NCBI GenBank assembly: GCA_963834935.1
Contig: CAWIDS010000001.1
Coordinates: 139,524-203,523, forward strand
Source: Candidatus Nomurabacteria bacterium
GTDB lineage: Bacteria; Patescibacteriota; Minisyncoccia; Phycocordibacterales; CALRBL01
Reading direction: 5' to 3'
Length of the DNA: 64,000 nt
Part shown: positions 53,557 to 63,140 of the stretch, one piece after another
How positions within the stretch are numbered: the first letter of the stretch is position 1
Layout of the letters: each line of letters starts with the position of its first letter
Translations under genes and position numbers: made by a program
Notes under the pieces: model-generated
What the model was told of the DNA's origin: nothing
What the model saw: only the letters and a program-made list of their open reading frames with translations
The model's database searches: none

Positions 53557-54723
53557 TTATCGTCCCGGGACCAGGCCGTTCATCGAATCGATGAAGCTCT
53601 TGTATATATTCCGGCTGAAAATCGGGCCGAATGAATTAGTCTTGTCGATGATAGTGCCAACCTGGACGTTCGGATTGATGCTTTTTCCGTTTGCATCAAG
53701 AAAAAGCTTCTGAACGTCCGCATCGATATTCGGCTCCCAGAGCTGGTTCGTGGTCGTGCCGAATGTGCCTTTTTCCAGGGTGAACAACCTGTTCGATTCT
53801 ATACCTGGAATAAATACCACGTTTGAGCAGCAAGATGGCTTAGGAACTTCATCGGTCAGGAAAGGAGATGTCAAAACACTTCCTACAATGCTACCTTGTG
53901 CAGGACCGTCATTGCTTCCCCAATAATTGTTCCTAAAATCAAGCGTGGCGTTCTGGTTCATATTATCTATTTGCAGCAGATTTCCTGCGAATCTATCTTT
54001 CGATCCGGAAAAAGCAAAGCTTGAATCATCAGCGAACGCTTGAGGAGAAAAATATCTGGCAGCTGAAGAGAGTGCATTCCCAAAATTAAAGACGAGTGCG
54101 GGAGGCGAGAAAGGCTTGTCATATACTATACCAATCTTATTGTCAGTGAGATCTGATTGATCAATGCTGCCGCTAATAGGCCCGAGGTGAATTCCGGCTG
54201 TCTTGAAATTAGAAATGCTTGATGAGGATATTTTGATAGTCCCGCCTCCGGCATCGATACCATACTGCTCGTAGCCGTCGAAGACATTATTATTTCCATC
54301 TAGAAGAAGATCGTTCACGGTGGTAGTCCCATTGCCTAGGTAAAGAGGCTGAAATGAATCTCTTATCTCAAGAGAATTGATGTCTATCTGCGCATTCGTT
54401 CCTGAAATTCCGTACCAGCTGGCACTATCGCCTTCCAAGACAACTTTGTCCGTTGAATCTTCCGACCCTATCCTTAGTGTTCCTCCGGAATTAACCGTCA
54501 AATTCGATTCATCGGGAAATTTAACGGTTACGCCGGGGTCGATGACTAAGCTTTCCCCATACATCACATTCAAACCCTCGTCCCCTGCTACATAAGGAGA
54601 ATTTTCTTTTGTCAGATGAAGCTCTCCAGACCAGTAGGGATCAAGGCTAGTGTCCGCATGCGTATCATTGATAATTCCGAACAGGCTTATAAAAATAAAA
54701 ACCATCAAAAAATATTTCTTCAT
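53557..54723 (-). CDS. Secreted right-handed beta-helix domain protein; the N-terminal part of the frameshift-split beta-helix/lipase gene
   Basis: It has a signal peptide MKKYFLMVFIFISLFGIINDTHA and repetitive Gly/Asn/Asp beta-helix-like repeats. The tail ...VVFIPGIESNRLF...DSMNGLVPGR reads like the start of an alpha/beta hydrolase. Confidence 0.6.
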   Translation of the reverse strand: MKKYFLMVFIFISLFGIINDTHADTSLDPYWSGELHLTKENSPYVAGDEGLNVMYGESLVIDPGVTVKFPDESNLTVNSGGTLRIGSEDSTDKVVLEGDSASWYGISGTNAQIDINSLEIRDSFQPLYLGNGTTTVNDLLLDGNNNVFDGYEQYGIDAGGGTIKISSSSISNFKTAGIHLGPISGSIDQSDLTDNKIGIVYDKPFSPPALVFNFGNALSSAARYFSPQAFADDSSFAFSGSKDRFAGNLLQIDNMNQNATLDFRNNYWGSNDGPAQGSIVGSVLTSPFLTDEVPKPSCCSNVVFIPGIESNRLFTLEKGTFGTTTNQLWEPNIDADVQKLFLDANGKSINPNVQVGTIIDKTNSFGPIFSRNIYKSFIDSMNGLVPGR

Positions 54724-54896
54724 TCAGGCATTAAAACACCTGGAGATAAAGTAATTATTAAAAAAAGATCAATGTGTCTTGAGGGATTGAATCACTATCA
54801 GAAGAATAAAACTGAGGACGATGATTAATATGAAGAATAGTATAAATTTCAAGGCGGTCTTGTCGAACATGTTGGGCTGATTATATCATCAAAACA

Positions 54897-54932
54897 AAAA
54901 CACCACACTTTCGTGTGGTGTTTTTGTGCTTT
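54897..54932. terminator. Bidirectional rho-independent terminator downstream of the surface-protein gene
   Basis: aaaacaaaaa-caccacac-tttc-gtgtggtg-tttttg. Confidence 0.75.
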
Positions 54933-54984
54933 AAGCTATTCCTTCGCTAAGCGTGAACCTAGTGAGAAGGGTTAGTTTAGGCGA

Positions 54985-57006
54985 TTACGGATTGACTCCG
55001 TTTGTCCTCCATGTTGACAAGCCGTCCATGTAGGTTGTCAAAGTGAAACCTGATGTTGGGCTTGTGATCGAAGAGTTGATGCCTGAAATCTCTACAGAGT
55101 AAGGACCATTTGTGAGATTGTTGTTTGCATGCTTACCTGCGAAGCTAAAGGTGACTGGACCGATAGTTGCTGAGTTCGACTGTGGGATGTAGAACGTGTG
55201 ATTTGGCTGACCTGAAGTCACGACTCCTGATCCGTTAGGGATGATGAATCCTGAGCTTGTAGCGTCAATCGTAGCTGATACGTTGTTTCCTGCAGCATCG
55301 AATACCTTGAAGGTAAACATTGGGGTAGCTGTTGTCTGGTCATTGAAGTACACATTTGAGCCGACAGCCTTCACGTTAACATTGAATGTTGCGGTGATGG
55401 TTGAGGTGCTAAGTGATGTACCGCTTGAGTTTGAACCGTTCACAGCGATAGTTGGAGTTGACGACAATGTGTATTGTGGTCCCTTTCCTACTACTGTCTG
55501 TGTGTTTCCTACAGCTGATCCGTTGACGATCGCATTCTCGTCAAGAGAGTTGTAAGCGACAAGGTCTCCGCTGTTGATAGTTGCAGTAACAGTCGTTGGA
55601 GTTACTCCTACGTTTGTTACGTCAGCACGTACAGTGAATGGCTGTGTCGAGTTCAAAGCGACGACTGCTGCTGCGGTATTGTCAGGAATGTTGTTGAACA
55701 CTGCTGTACCGTTGCTGCTGTTGATCGAAGCTGACTGTATAGGAGTTGAACCCTGGTACAAGTAAGCGGCGGTCAATGTGCTTGTAGCGTTGCTTGTGAA
55801 TCGAACTGTCAAGTTGTGGATATGCAATGAGTCATTCTGAGCATTGATATCGAACAAGAGGACAGGAAGGCCGAGGTACTGATTGTTTGTCGTGTCAGTA
55901 ACTGCCTGTGTGTTGGTAAGGGGAGTCGAAGGATCAGCCGAAAGGTTTGCCTGAGCATTGTCAGTCAAGCTTGGGTTGATAGTAATGGTCTGGCTGATTG
56001 AGCCTGTTGGACCGTACTGATCGATTCCTGCTCCGTCAATTCCACGAACTCCGTTTGACATTACGCTTAATACGTAAGGAGAAGCGATGTAGTTTGAGTC
56101 GATCGAAGAGAACAAGTCAGCCTTGATGACGATATCCTTGTAGGTGTTCTTTGGAACAAGGATGTTGAAGCCAGTAAGGTTGACTACGTAATCTGTACCG
56201 CTCTGAACTACAGTAGTCGAGTTAAGAGGAACTGTCGCTAGGACATTGGTTCCGTCTGTAACGTAGAACTGGCTGTAGATCTTGTTGTAGATGGTGGTTG
56301 ATGAACCAACGTCAACAGTGATTCGCTGGACGGCGATATCTGAGTTCTGAGCCTGAGCTCGAACTGTCAATACCGGAGCCTGAGTCTGGCCGACGTTGAC
56401 TACTGAGGTTGAGATAGGACCCTGAGTGATGCTCAAGATACCTTCTGCGCCTGGAGTAGTGATGCCGGTAGCTCCTGTTGATGTCGTTGTCGATGTAGGA
56501 AGAGCTGAACAGTTGCTTGCGATTGTCATTCCGTTAGGGCAGAGAGCTACGGTTGAAGTAGTAGCTGGAGCTGCAGTACAGTTGCTTGCAAGTGTCATGC
56601 CGTTAGGGCAAAGAGCTCCAGTTGAAGTCATTCCTGTAGAAATGTTTGCTCCGTTAACCTTTCCTCGTGAAAGTGGTCCGAAGAATCCGGTTGCAGGAAG
56701 ACCTACAGCAGCTTGCCATTTGACAACAGCTTCTTTTGTAAGTGATCCAAAGTATCCCATAGAAACGCCTGATGGCATTGTAAGGTAACCTTGTGAGACG
56801 AGTAATGTTTGAAGAGCGACTACATCTGCTCCAGTTGATCCAACTGTAAGGTTGGTCTGGAAGTTGTATGTCTGAGCTCCTGCTGTCGTAGTCGTAGTTG
56901 TAGTTGTCATCGATGTATCAGCAAGAGCAGCGCTGAAAGCGAATGCGTAGCTGAACACCATTGCCAATGCAACAACGGCTGTAAGAACTTTTTTTGTTTT
57001 TAACAT
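54985..57006 (-). CDS. Secreted surface protein with an N-terminal peptidoglycan-binding (PG_binding_1-like) domain, two Cys-containing tandem repeats and a long beta-rich C-terminal region
   Basis: It has a signal peptide and a poly-Thr linker. GSTGADVVALQTLLVSQGYL...GYFGSLTKEAVVKWQAAVGLPATGFFGP is the PG-binding motif. The repeats are ALCPNGMTLASNCTAAPATTST and ALCPNGMTIASNCSALPTSTTTS. Confidence 0.7.
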   Translation of the reverse strand: MLKTKKVLTAVVALAMVFSYAFAFSAALADTSMTTTTTTTTAGAQTYNFQTNLTVGSTGADVVALQTLLVSQGYLTMPSGVSMGYFGSLTKEAVVKWQAAVGLPATGFFGPLSRGKVNGANISTGMTSTGALCPNGMTLASNCTAAPATTSTVALCPNGMTIASNCSALPTSTTTSTGATGITTPGAEGILSITQGPISTSVVNVGQTQAPVLTVRAQAQNSDIAVQRITVDVGSSTTIYNKIYSQFYVTDGTNVLATVPLNSTTVVQSGTDYVVNLTGFNILVPKNTYKDIVIKADLFSSIDSNYIASPYVLSVMSNGVRGIDGAGIDQYGPTGSISQTITINPSLTDNAQANLSADPSTPLTNTQAVTDTTNNQYLGLPVLLFDINAQNDSLHIHNLTVRFTSNATSTLTAAYLYQGSTPIQSASINSSNGTAVFNNIPDNTAAAVVALNSTQPFTVRADVTNVGVTPTTVTATINSGDLVAYNSLDENAIVNGSAVGNTQTVVGKGPQYTLSSTPTIAVNGSNSSGTSLSTSTITATFNVNVKAVGSNVYFNDQTTATPMFTFKVFDAAGNNVSATIDATSSGFIIPNGSGVVTSGQPNHTFYIPQSNSATIGPVTFSFAGKHANNNLTNGPYSVEISGINSSITSPTSGFTLTTYMDGLSTWRTNGVNP

Positions 57007-57343
57007 AATAATAAGTGACTAATAAATTTACTAATAAACTTTCTAATAAACAAAACACTAACATTACACTAATTTATTGTTCTATATAATCGACACAGAA
57101 CAATAAAAGAGATGCCTGGATGAAGACTGAGTTTCGGCGAAATCAGATAGATAAGGAATAAGGTGATTCGGGAATTTCTAACTTATAAAATTGTCAATGT
57201 TCGGTCGCTATCCGTAAGTATAAGCTATAAAGCTTCTCTCTTGCAAACATCCTTCTGTGGATAAAGGCAAAAAATAAGACTGAAACGCTTACACAACTAA
57301 CGACGGCAGCTAACGGAATATCTTACAGAAAACAGCTCAAAAG

Positions 57344-58081
57344 TCAAAGAGAATATCGGCTCCATCTCCTTTCCCCTTTTTTCTTGATGGAGCCTTTTGA
57401 GACCAGTGACAGTAGCTCCCTTTGAATAGTCTTTTCGCTGCATCCTTTTATATGTCGGAGAAAATCCTTTATGCTTAGCTCCTTATTGTCTTTTAGGAGG
57501 GCAACAATCTTATCGGCTCTTACGGACCGGCTTTCCTTATCGTCACTTGGCAAGCTCTTGGAAAGAGGTGTCTTTTTATCGTTACTTAAAGGACTTATAA
57601 AGGACATAATGGTTTGTCCTTTATCGGCAAGCTCGCTCTTGAACTCGAGGAAATCTTTCGACAACACTTTCGGCGAGTATATCTGGGCGTGGCTCTCAAA
57701 GCTTTCAGTAAGCTCGAGAATGTAATTCTTGAGTATATTGAAATTCATCTCTGATATGGTCCGGCCGAAGTGCCCTGCTTCGATCAGCGAAAGGACTTCG
57801 TGCAAAGATGATACGCACTGAGTTATGATTTTATTCTTGTCCTTTTCTTTGTTAGAAAGAGAAATCGAAAAGGACAAAAGGAAATTTGTCTTTTCTCTCA
57901 AACTGTACCTGAGTGGCTCGCTCCGGTCGAGAAGATCGCTGACCATATATACGGCATAGCAAATCTTCTGTGTCCTTTTAAAAAAGCCCCATAAATCAGG
58001 GTTTTCTGAGAACAGATATATCTCTGACTTATTTGCTTTATTTGTCTCTAATGCAATGTCTTTTACTTCTTTATTGTCCAT
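57344..58081 (-). CDS. Hypothetical protein with a C-terminal winged-helix DNA-binding domain (putative regulator)
   Basis: The C-terminus SIKDFLRHIKGCSEKTIQRELLSLVSKGSIKKKGERRWSRYSL is HTH-like. I set the start at MDNKEVKD; the track start at 58192 overlaps ftsK. Confidence 0.5.
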   Translation of the reverse strand: MDNKEVKDIALETNKANKSEIYLFSENPDLWGFFKRTQKICYAVYMVSDLLDRSEPLRYSLREKTNFLLSFSISLSNKEKDKNKIITQCVSSLHEVLSLIEAGHFGRTISEMNFNILKNYILELTESFESHAQIYSPKVLSKDFLEFKSELADKGQTIMSFISPLSNDKKTPLSKSLPSDDKESRSVRADKIVALLKDNKELSIKDFLRHIKGCSEKTIQRELLSLVSKGSIKKKGERRWSRYSL

Positions 58082-58180
58082 GATGTTATTTTTTATATTA
58101 TATAGAGGACATTCCAAAAGACAACTTGAGGCGGGCATTATTCTGTGCTGGAGAATAGCAAAGCATGTTAGAATGAAGCG

Positions 58181-60373
58181 ATGGCAAAGCAAAATAATAA
58201 AGATAAAAAGGAACCTAAAGACAAGGCAAAGGTCGGACTCAAGGAAGAAGCATGGTATGGGATCTGGTCAATCTGTTTTTTCGTATTAGCTTTCATTTTT
58301 CTTTTCGCTCCTTCCGGAAAAGGAGGCACCGCTGGAAAGAATATCTATGCGCTTTTTCATGACACTTTGTTCGGAATCGGCTACTATCTCCTGCCTTTGA
58401 TATCGATCCTTCTCGGCCTCTCATATCTTGCATCAGTCGAGCGTCGCTTCCCGCTTTCGCGCATCATCGGTTCCGTCATATTTTTCCTCTCAGGCCTCGG
58501 CCTTCTGGAAATAATCTCTGACGGTTCAGGAGGGGAGGTCGGAAAGATGATCGCGTCCCCTCTTCTTTCCCTCTTCGGCTATGCAAGTCCCCTCATACTT
58601 ATCGGATTACTCTTCATTTCTTCATTCATCATTTTTAATACGAGGCTTAAAAGAGTCCATCTATCGAAAATTTTCGGCATCTTCAGGAAAGAGAAAAACA
58701 TGGAGGACAATTCTGATGTAGAAGAAAGCGTTCAGAAAGTGGAGAGCAGCCTGCAAAAAAATGAAAAGATGAAAGCTGATGCTGTCGAGGCAGGCGATTC
58801 AGATATGAAAAAAGCTGTCCCGGAAATCAAAAAGGAAGAAAAGAAGAAGGGCACCGAAGACATGCTTATCAGCCCTCAGACTTTCACTCTGCTCGGCAAG
58901 AAATTCACTCCCCCTCCCCTTTCCATACTTGAGCTCGACAAAGGCAAGCCGGGCGTCGGAGACATCAAGGCAAATGCCAACATCATAAAAAGGACGCTTC
59001 AAAATTTCGGCATCAATGTCGAGATGGATGAGATATCGATAGGACCGTCTATTACCAGATATGCCCTCAAGCCAGCAGAAGGAGTAAAGCTTTCACGAAT
59101 CCTCGGCCTCCAGAACAACCTTGCGCTCGCCCTTGCTGCCCACCCTATCCGTATCGAAGCACCTATCCCTGGCAAGTCGCTTGTCGGTATCGAGATACCT
59201 AATAGTGTCAAGACGACTGTTGGATTGGGCAGCCTCCTCGCGAGCGAGGAATTCCAAAAATCAGACAAGCCTCTTCTGGTTTCCTTAGGAAAAGGCATTT
59301 CAGGAAAATCACACTTCGCCAACATAGCCAAGATGCCACATCTTCTTATCGCCGGAGCTACTGGATCAGGAAAATCAGTAACCATACACGCCGTAATTAC
59401 TTCGCTTCTTTTCCGCAATTCGCCTGAAAACCTCCGCTTCATCATGATCGATCCCAAGAGAGTCGAGCTCACCTTATATAACAAGATACCCCACCTTCTT
59501 ACCCCTGTCATTACTGATGCCAAGAAAGCCATCCTTTCTCTCAAATGGGCGGCAAAAGAGATGGATAGGAGGTATGACATCCTTGAAAAGAATGCCGTGC
59601 GCGATATCGATTCATACCACAAGACAGTCCTTGCGCCTGCACTTAAGAATCCTTCAGCCGATATGCCTGAGACCATGCCATATATAGTAGTAGTGATAGA
59701 CGAATTGGCGGACATCATGCAGACCTATCCGCGCGAACTTGAATCTGGAATCGTTCGTCTTGCCCAGATGAGTCGTGCCGTAGGCATCCATCTCTTGCTT
59801 TCGACCCAGCGCCCGAGCGTGAACGTCATCACAGGACTTATCAAAGCTAATGTCCCTGCCCGGATCGCCCTACAAGTGGCTTCGCAAATAGACTCGCGCA
59901 CCATCCTGGATATGGGAGGAGCTGAAAAACTTCTTGGCGCCGGCGACATGCTTTGGCTTTCCGGGGAGATGTCGAGCCCAGAACGCGTGCAGTCAGCCTT
60001 CATATCCGAAATAGAGCTCAAGAAAGTAGTCAAATACCTCGTGGACAACTATGAATCTTTGCCGTCAGAGATAAACATTTCAGGAGAAAGCGTCACCAAA
60101 GACCCTTTATTCGACAGCAACAACCTGAACGAAAGCCTTGATGGAGACGAAGAAGCGGATGACGACCTTTACGAAGAAGCTCGCGACCTTGTCGTCAAAT
60201 CAGGAAAGGCTTCTACTTCATACCTTCAGCGCAAGCTGAGCATTGGCTACGGCCGGGCTGCCCGGATAATGGATATACTTGAAGAAAAAGGGGTCATTGG
60301 TCCCTCGAATGGATCAAAAGCACGCGAGGTAGTCGGCTTCCAAGGACAAGAAACAGATGAAACAGTCGAATAA
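58181..60373 (+). CDS. ftsK: DNA translocase FtsK/SpoIIIE
   Basis: 730 aa. It has an N-terminal TM domain, a linker, a motor domain with HLLIAGATGSGKSV, and a C-terminal gamma wHTH domain. Confidence 0.9.
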   Translation: MAKQNNKDKKEPKDKAKVGLKEEAWYGIWSICFFVLAFIFLFAPSGKGGTAGKNIYALFHDTLFGIGYYLLPLISILLGLSYLASVERRFPLSRIIGSVIFFLSGLGLLEIISDGSGGEVGKMIASPLLSLFGYASPLILIGLLFISSFIIFNTRLKRVHLSKIFGIFRKEKNMEDNSDVEESVQKVESSLQKNEKMKADAVEAGDSDMKKAVPEIKKEEKKKGTEDMLISPQTFTLLGKKFTPPPLSILELDKGKPGVGDIKANANIIKRTLQNFGINVEMDEISIGPSITRYALKPAEGVKLSRILGLQNNLALALAAHPIRIEAPIPGKSLVGIEIPNSVKTTVGLGSLLASEEFQKSDKPLLVSLGKGISGKSHFANIAKMPHLLIAGATGSGKSVTIHAVITSLLFRNSPENLRFIMIDPKRVELTLYNKIPHLLTPVITDAKKAILSLKWAAKEMDRRYDILEKNAVRDIDSYHKTVLAPALKNPSADMPETMPYIVVVIDELADIMQTYPRELESGIVRLAQMSRAVGIHLLLSTQRPSVNVITGLIKANVPARIALQVASQIDSRTILDMGGAEKLLGAGDMLWLSGEMSSPERVQSAFISEIELKKVVKYLVDNYESLPSEINISGESVTKDPLFDSNNLNESLDGDEEADDDLYEEARDLVVKSGKASTSYLQRKLSIGYGRAARIMDILEEKGVIGPSNGSKAREVVGFQGQETDETVE

Positions 60374-60725
60374 TAACATTTTTTGGATCAAGGTAGGCTC
60401 ATTTTCCTTTCTTTTTCTTGTAATATTGATCTACTCAGCCTTTCAAGCCCGAAAGATACTTGAAGGCCCTCGGATTTCGATCATCTCCCCTCGATCTGGC
60501 CAGGTCATGGAGGACCCGCTGCTAGATATAAAGGGAGTTGCCACGAATGTGAACCAGATCAGCCTAAACGGCAATCTTTTCTATATAGACCAAAAAGGCA
60601 ACTTTGATCAGAAATTGCTCCTCTCACCGGGGTATAATATAATCAGCCTTGACGCGAAAGATAAATTTGGCAAACAGACTGAAAAGAAAATTGAAGTCGT
60701 TTTTAGAGGAAATTTAACAGACTAA
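60357..60725 (+). CDS. Small membrane-anchored hypothetical protein (122 aa)
   Basis: It has an N-terminal TM and a beta-rich domain. It overlaps the ftsK stop by 17 nt. Confidence 0.5.
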   Translation: MKQSNNNIFWIKVGSFSFLFLVILIYSAFQARKILEGPRISIISPRSGQVMEDPLLDIKGVATNVNQISLNGNLFYIDQKGNFDQKLLLSPGYNIISLDAKDKFGKQTEKKIEVVFRGNLTD

Positions 60726-60742
60726 GATAACATACTATATAT

Positions 60743-61849
60743 ATGAAGCCAAAAAAACCAAAAAACACCGAAAAAGAGGAGAAAAAAGGAAATTCAAACG
60801 GCATCGAAGCTACTTTGAACGAGATAAAGAGCAAGTTTGGAGATGATGCCATCATGAAGCTCGGACAGAAGCCGCGGGTGGACGTAGATGCCATTTCTAC
60901 TGGCTCTATCGGCCTTGATGCCGCACTCGGAGTAGGAGGCCTTCCCCGCGGACGAATCATAGAAGTATTCGGTCCGGAATCATCAGGAAAGACCACCCTC
61001 ACTCTTCATGTAATAGCTGAAGCTCAAAAAAAAGGAGGTATATGTGCCTTTATCGACGCAGAACATGCTATGGACCCGCAGTATGCCGAGAGATTGGGGG
61101 TAAACATAAATGAGCTCCTCATCTCGCAGCCGGACACAGGTGAACAAGCATTGGAAATCGTCGAGAGCTTGGTCCGTTCCGGAAAGCTCGATGTGATTGT
61201 TATCGATTCAGTCGCCGCCCTTACTCCTAAGGATGAGATCGAAGGCGATATGGGTGCACACCATGTCGGAAAGCAAGCGCGTCTGATGTCTCAGGCTTTG
61301 CGTAAGCTCACTGCTATCGTCGCCCGCTCAAAGACGATTGTCATATTCATCAACCAGATCAGGATGCAAATCGGCGTGATGTTCGGCAATCCTGAGACGA
61401 CTCCTGGAGGAAAAGCCCTTAAATTCTACACATCAGTGCGAATAGATATCAGACGTATCGCCCAGATCAAGAAAGGAGACGAAGTGATGGGCGGACGAGT
61501 GCGAGTAAAGGTAGTAAAAAACAAGGTAGCTCCGCCTTTCCGCCAGACTGAATTCGACCTTATGTACAATGAAGGAATCTCCAGAGAAGGAGAAATCATT
61601 GCACTCGGCGAAAAAATGGGTATTATCAAGAAATCCGGAACAAGCTATTCCTATACTCCCGCAAACGGAGAAGAAGAAAAGCTCGGACGAGGTTATGATG
61701 CTACGCGCACTTATCTTCGCCAAAACAAGAAGACGAGCGACGCTATCCTCAAGCACATCAGGAAGCAGCTTGCCGAAGACGAGTCCCTTCTCAAGACTAA
61801 AGGAAACGAGGAGAGCGATCAGGCAGAAGAGACTGAACCAGCTGAATAA
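60743..61849 (+). CDS. recA: Recombinase RecA
   Basis: It has [14 protein letters not shown] (Walker A) and L1/L2 loop motifs, 368 aa with an acidic tail. Confidence 0.95.
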   Translation: MKPKKPKNTEKEEKKGNSNGIEATLNEIKSKFGDDAIMKLGQKPRVDVDAISTGSIGLDAALGVGGLPRGRIIEVFGPESSGKTTLTLHVIAEAQKKGGICAFIDAEHAMDPQYAERLGVNINELLISQPDTGEQALEIVESLVRSGKLDVIVIDSVAALTPKDEIEGDMGAHHVGKQARLMSQALRKLTAIVARSKTIVIFINQIRMQIGVMFGNPETTPGGKALKFYTSVRIDIRRIAQIKKGDEVMGGRVRVKVVKNKVAPPFRQTEFDLMYNEGISREGEIIALGEKMGIIKKSGTSYSYTPANGEEEKLGRGYDATRTYLRQNKKTSDAILKHIRKQLAEDESLLKTKGNEESDQAEETEPAE

Positions 61850-61871
61850 ATTAATCCCTTAAAAAACTACC

Positions 61872-62432
61872 ATGCTCGAATACAATGAAATAACATTGCG
61901 CAAATTCATCATCTTTGAAGGAGAGCCTTATGAGGTCCTTGATTCTCATGTCTTCCGCAAACAGCAAAGAAAGCCGGTGAATGCCACCAAGCTTAGAAAT
62001 CTAATCTCTGGAAGGATAGTAGAACATTCGTTCCATGTCTCCGACAAGGCTACTGAAGCTGATATCGATACTAAAAAAGTAAAATACCTTTACATGAACA
62101 AAGGCGAGTATTGGTTCTGCGATGAAAAGGATCCCGCTAACCGATTCAAGCTGGAGGAATCAGTCCTCGGCCCTGCGATGAAATTCATAAAGACAAACTC
62201 GATCATCGACGCGCAAGTCTTCGAAGATAAGATATTCGGAGTGAAGCTTCCGATAAAAGTAGAGCTTAAAGTGACTGAGGCGCCTGATGCCGTACGCGGC
62301 GATACAGCTAAAGGAGGAAACAAGTTGATAACACTTGAGACAGGAGTAACAGTGACTGCGCCGATGTTCGTAAAAGAAGGAGATGTAGTGCGCGTCAATA
62401 CTGAGACAGGAGAATACGCCGAGAGAGTTTAA
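61872..62432 (+). CDS. efp: Elongation factor P
   Basis: 186 aa with three OB/KOW-like domains and a typical EF-P N-terminus (ITLRKFIIFEGEPYEVLDSHVFRK). Confidence 0.88.
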   Translation: MLEYNEITLRKFIIFEGEPYEVLDSHVFRKQQRKPVNATKLRNLISGRIVEHSFHVSDKATEADIDTKKVKYLYMNKGEYWFCDEKDPANRFKLEESVLGPAMKFIKTNSIIDAQVFEDKIFGVKLPIKVELKVTEAPDAVRGDTAKGGNKLITLETGVTVTAPMFVKEGDVVRVNTETGEYAERV

Positions 62433-62448
62433 TTCTTAAAACAACTTG

Positions 62449-62649
62449 CTATCGAGCGACAAAAGGAAGAAGGGCCATGAATCGGGCTCTTTTGACTGCC
62501 ATAGCAAGCTTTCGCTGATTCTTGGCGCTTACCCCTGTTTTCTTTCTGGAAAGAAGACGTGCGTGAGGGTTAAGAAATTTCTTCAAGACTTCAGTATCTT
62601 TGTAATCGATCTTGGTGATATTATTCTGCGAAAAGTAGCATTTTTTCAT
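62449..62649 (-). CDS. rpsR: 30S ribosomal protein S18
   Basis: IDYKDTEVLKKFLNPHARLLSRKKTGVSAKNQRKLAMAVKRARFMALLPF is the S18 core. Confidence 0.9.
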   Translation of the reverse strand: MKKCYFSQNNITKIDYKDTEVLKKFLNPHARLLSRKKTGVSAKNQRKLAMAVKRARFMALLPFVAR

Positions 62650-62676
62650 ATATTTGAATTATAAATCTGTTTTTAA

Positions 62677-63138
62677 TTAAAATGGGATATCTTCAGGATT
62701 GATTTCGTCGTCAGGATAAGCGATTGCCTCCTCTGCTTCCGAAGGCTTTGAACTTGAAGCTGAGGAAGGGGTTGCTGTCGAGCCGAAGCTCGATCCACCA
62801 GCGGCTGGACGCGGACCGAACTGGATACGGTCTGCGATTATCTCCATTCGATAGTTCTTCTTTCCGTCAGGACCGTCCCATGACCTTGTCTGCATGCGTC
62901 CCTCTACAAGCACAGAAGCTCCTTTCTTAAGGTACTGGGCGGCAGTTTCAGCCTGCTTGCCGAAGACGACGATATTGTGGAAATCGACATTCTCCTGCTT
63001 CGCGCCATTCTTGTCTTTCCAGACACGGTTCGTTGCTACTGAAAAGCTGGTGACCTGGATGCCTGAAGGAAGGGATTTCTGCTCGGGATCCCTGGTAAGA
63101 TTGCCTATGACAATGGCTTTGTTAAGATACATGCTCAT
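62677..63138 (-). CDS. ssb: Single-stranded DNA-binding protein
   Basis: It has an OB fold, a Gly/Ser/Pro linker and the C-terminal DDEINPEDIPF acidic tip. Confidence 0.92.
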   Translation of the reverse strand: MSMYLNKAIVIGNLTRDPEQKSLPSGIQVTSFSVATNRVWKDKNGAKQENVDFHNIVVFGKQAETAAQYLKKGASVLVEGRMQTRSWDGPDGKKNYRMEIIADRIQFGPRPAAGGSSFGSTATPSSASSSKPSEAEEAIAYPDDEINPEDIPF

Positions 63139-63140
63139 GA

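Noticed and set aside
60726-60742. LexA/SOS box upstream of recA.
   Set aside because: The 17-nt gap (acatactatatatATG context) has no GAAC-N4-GTTC or CTGT-N8-ACAG palindrome.
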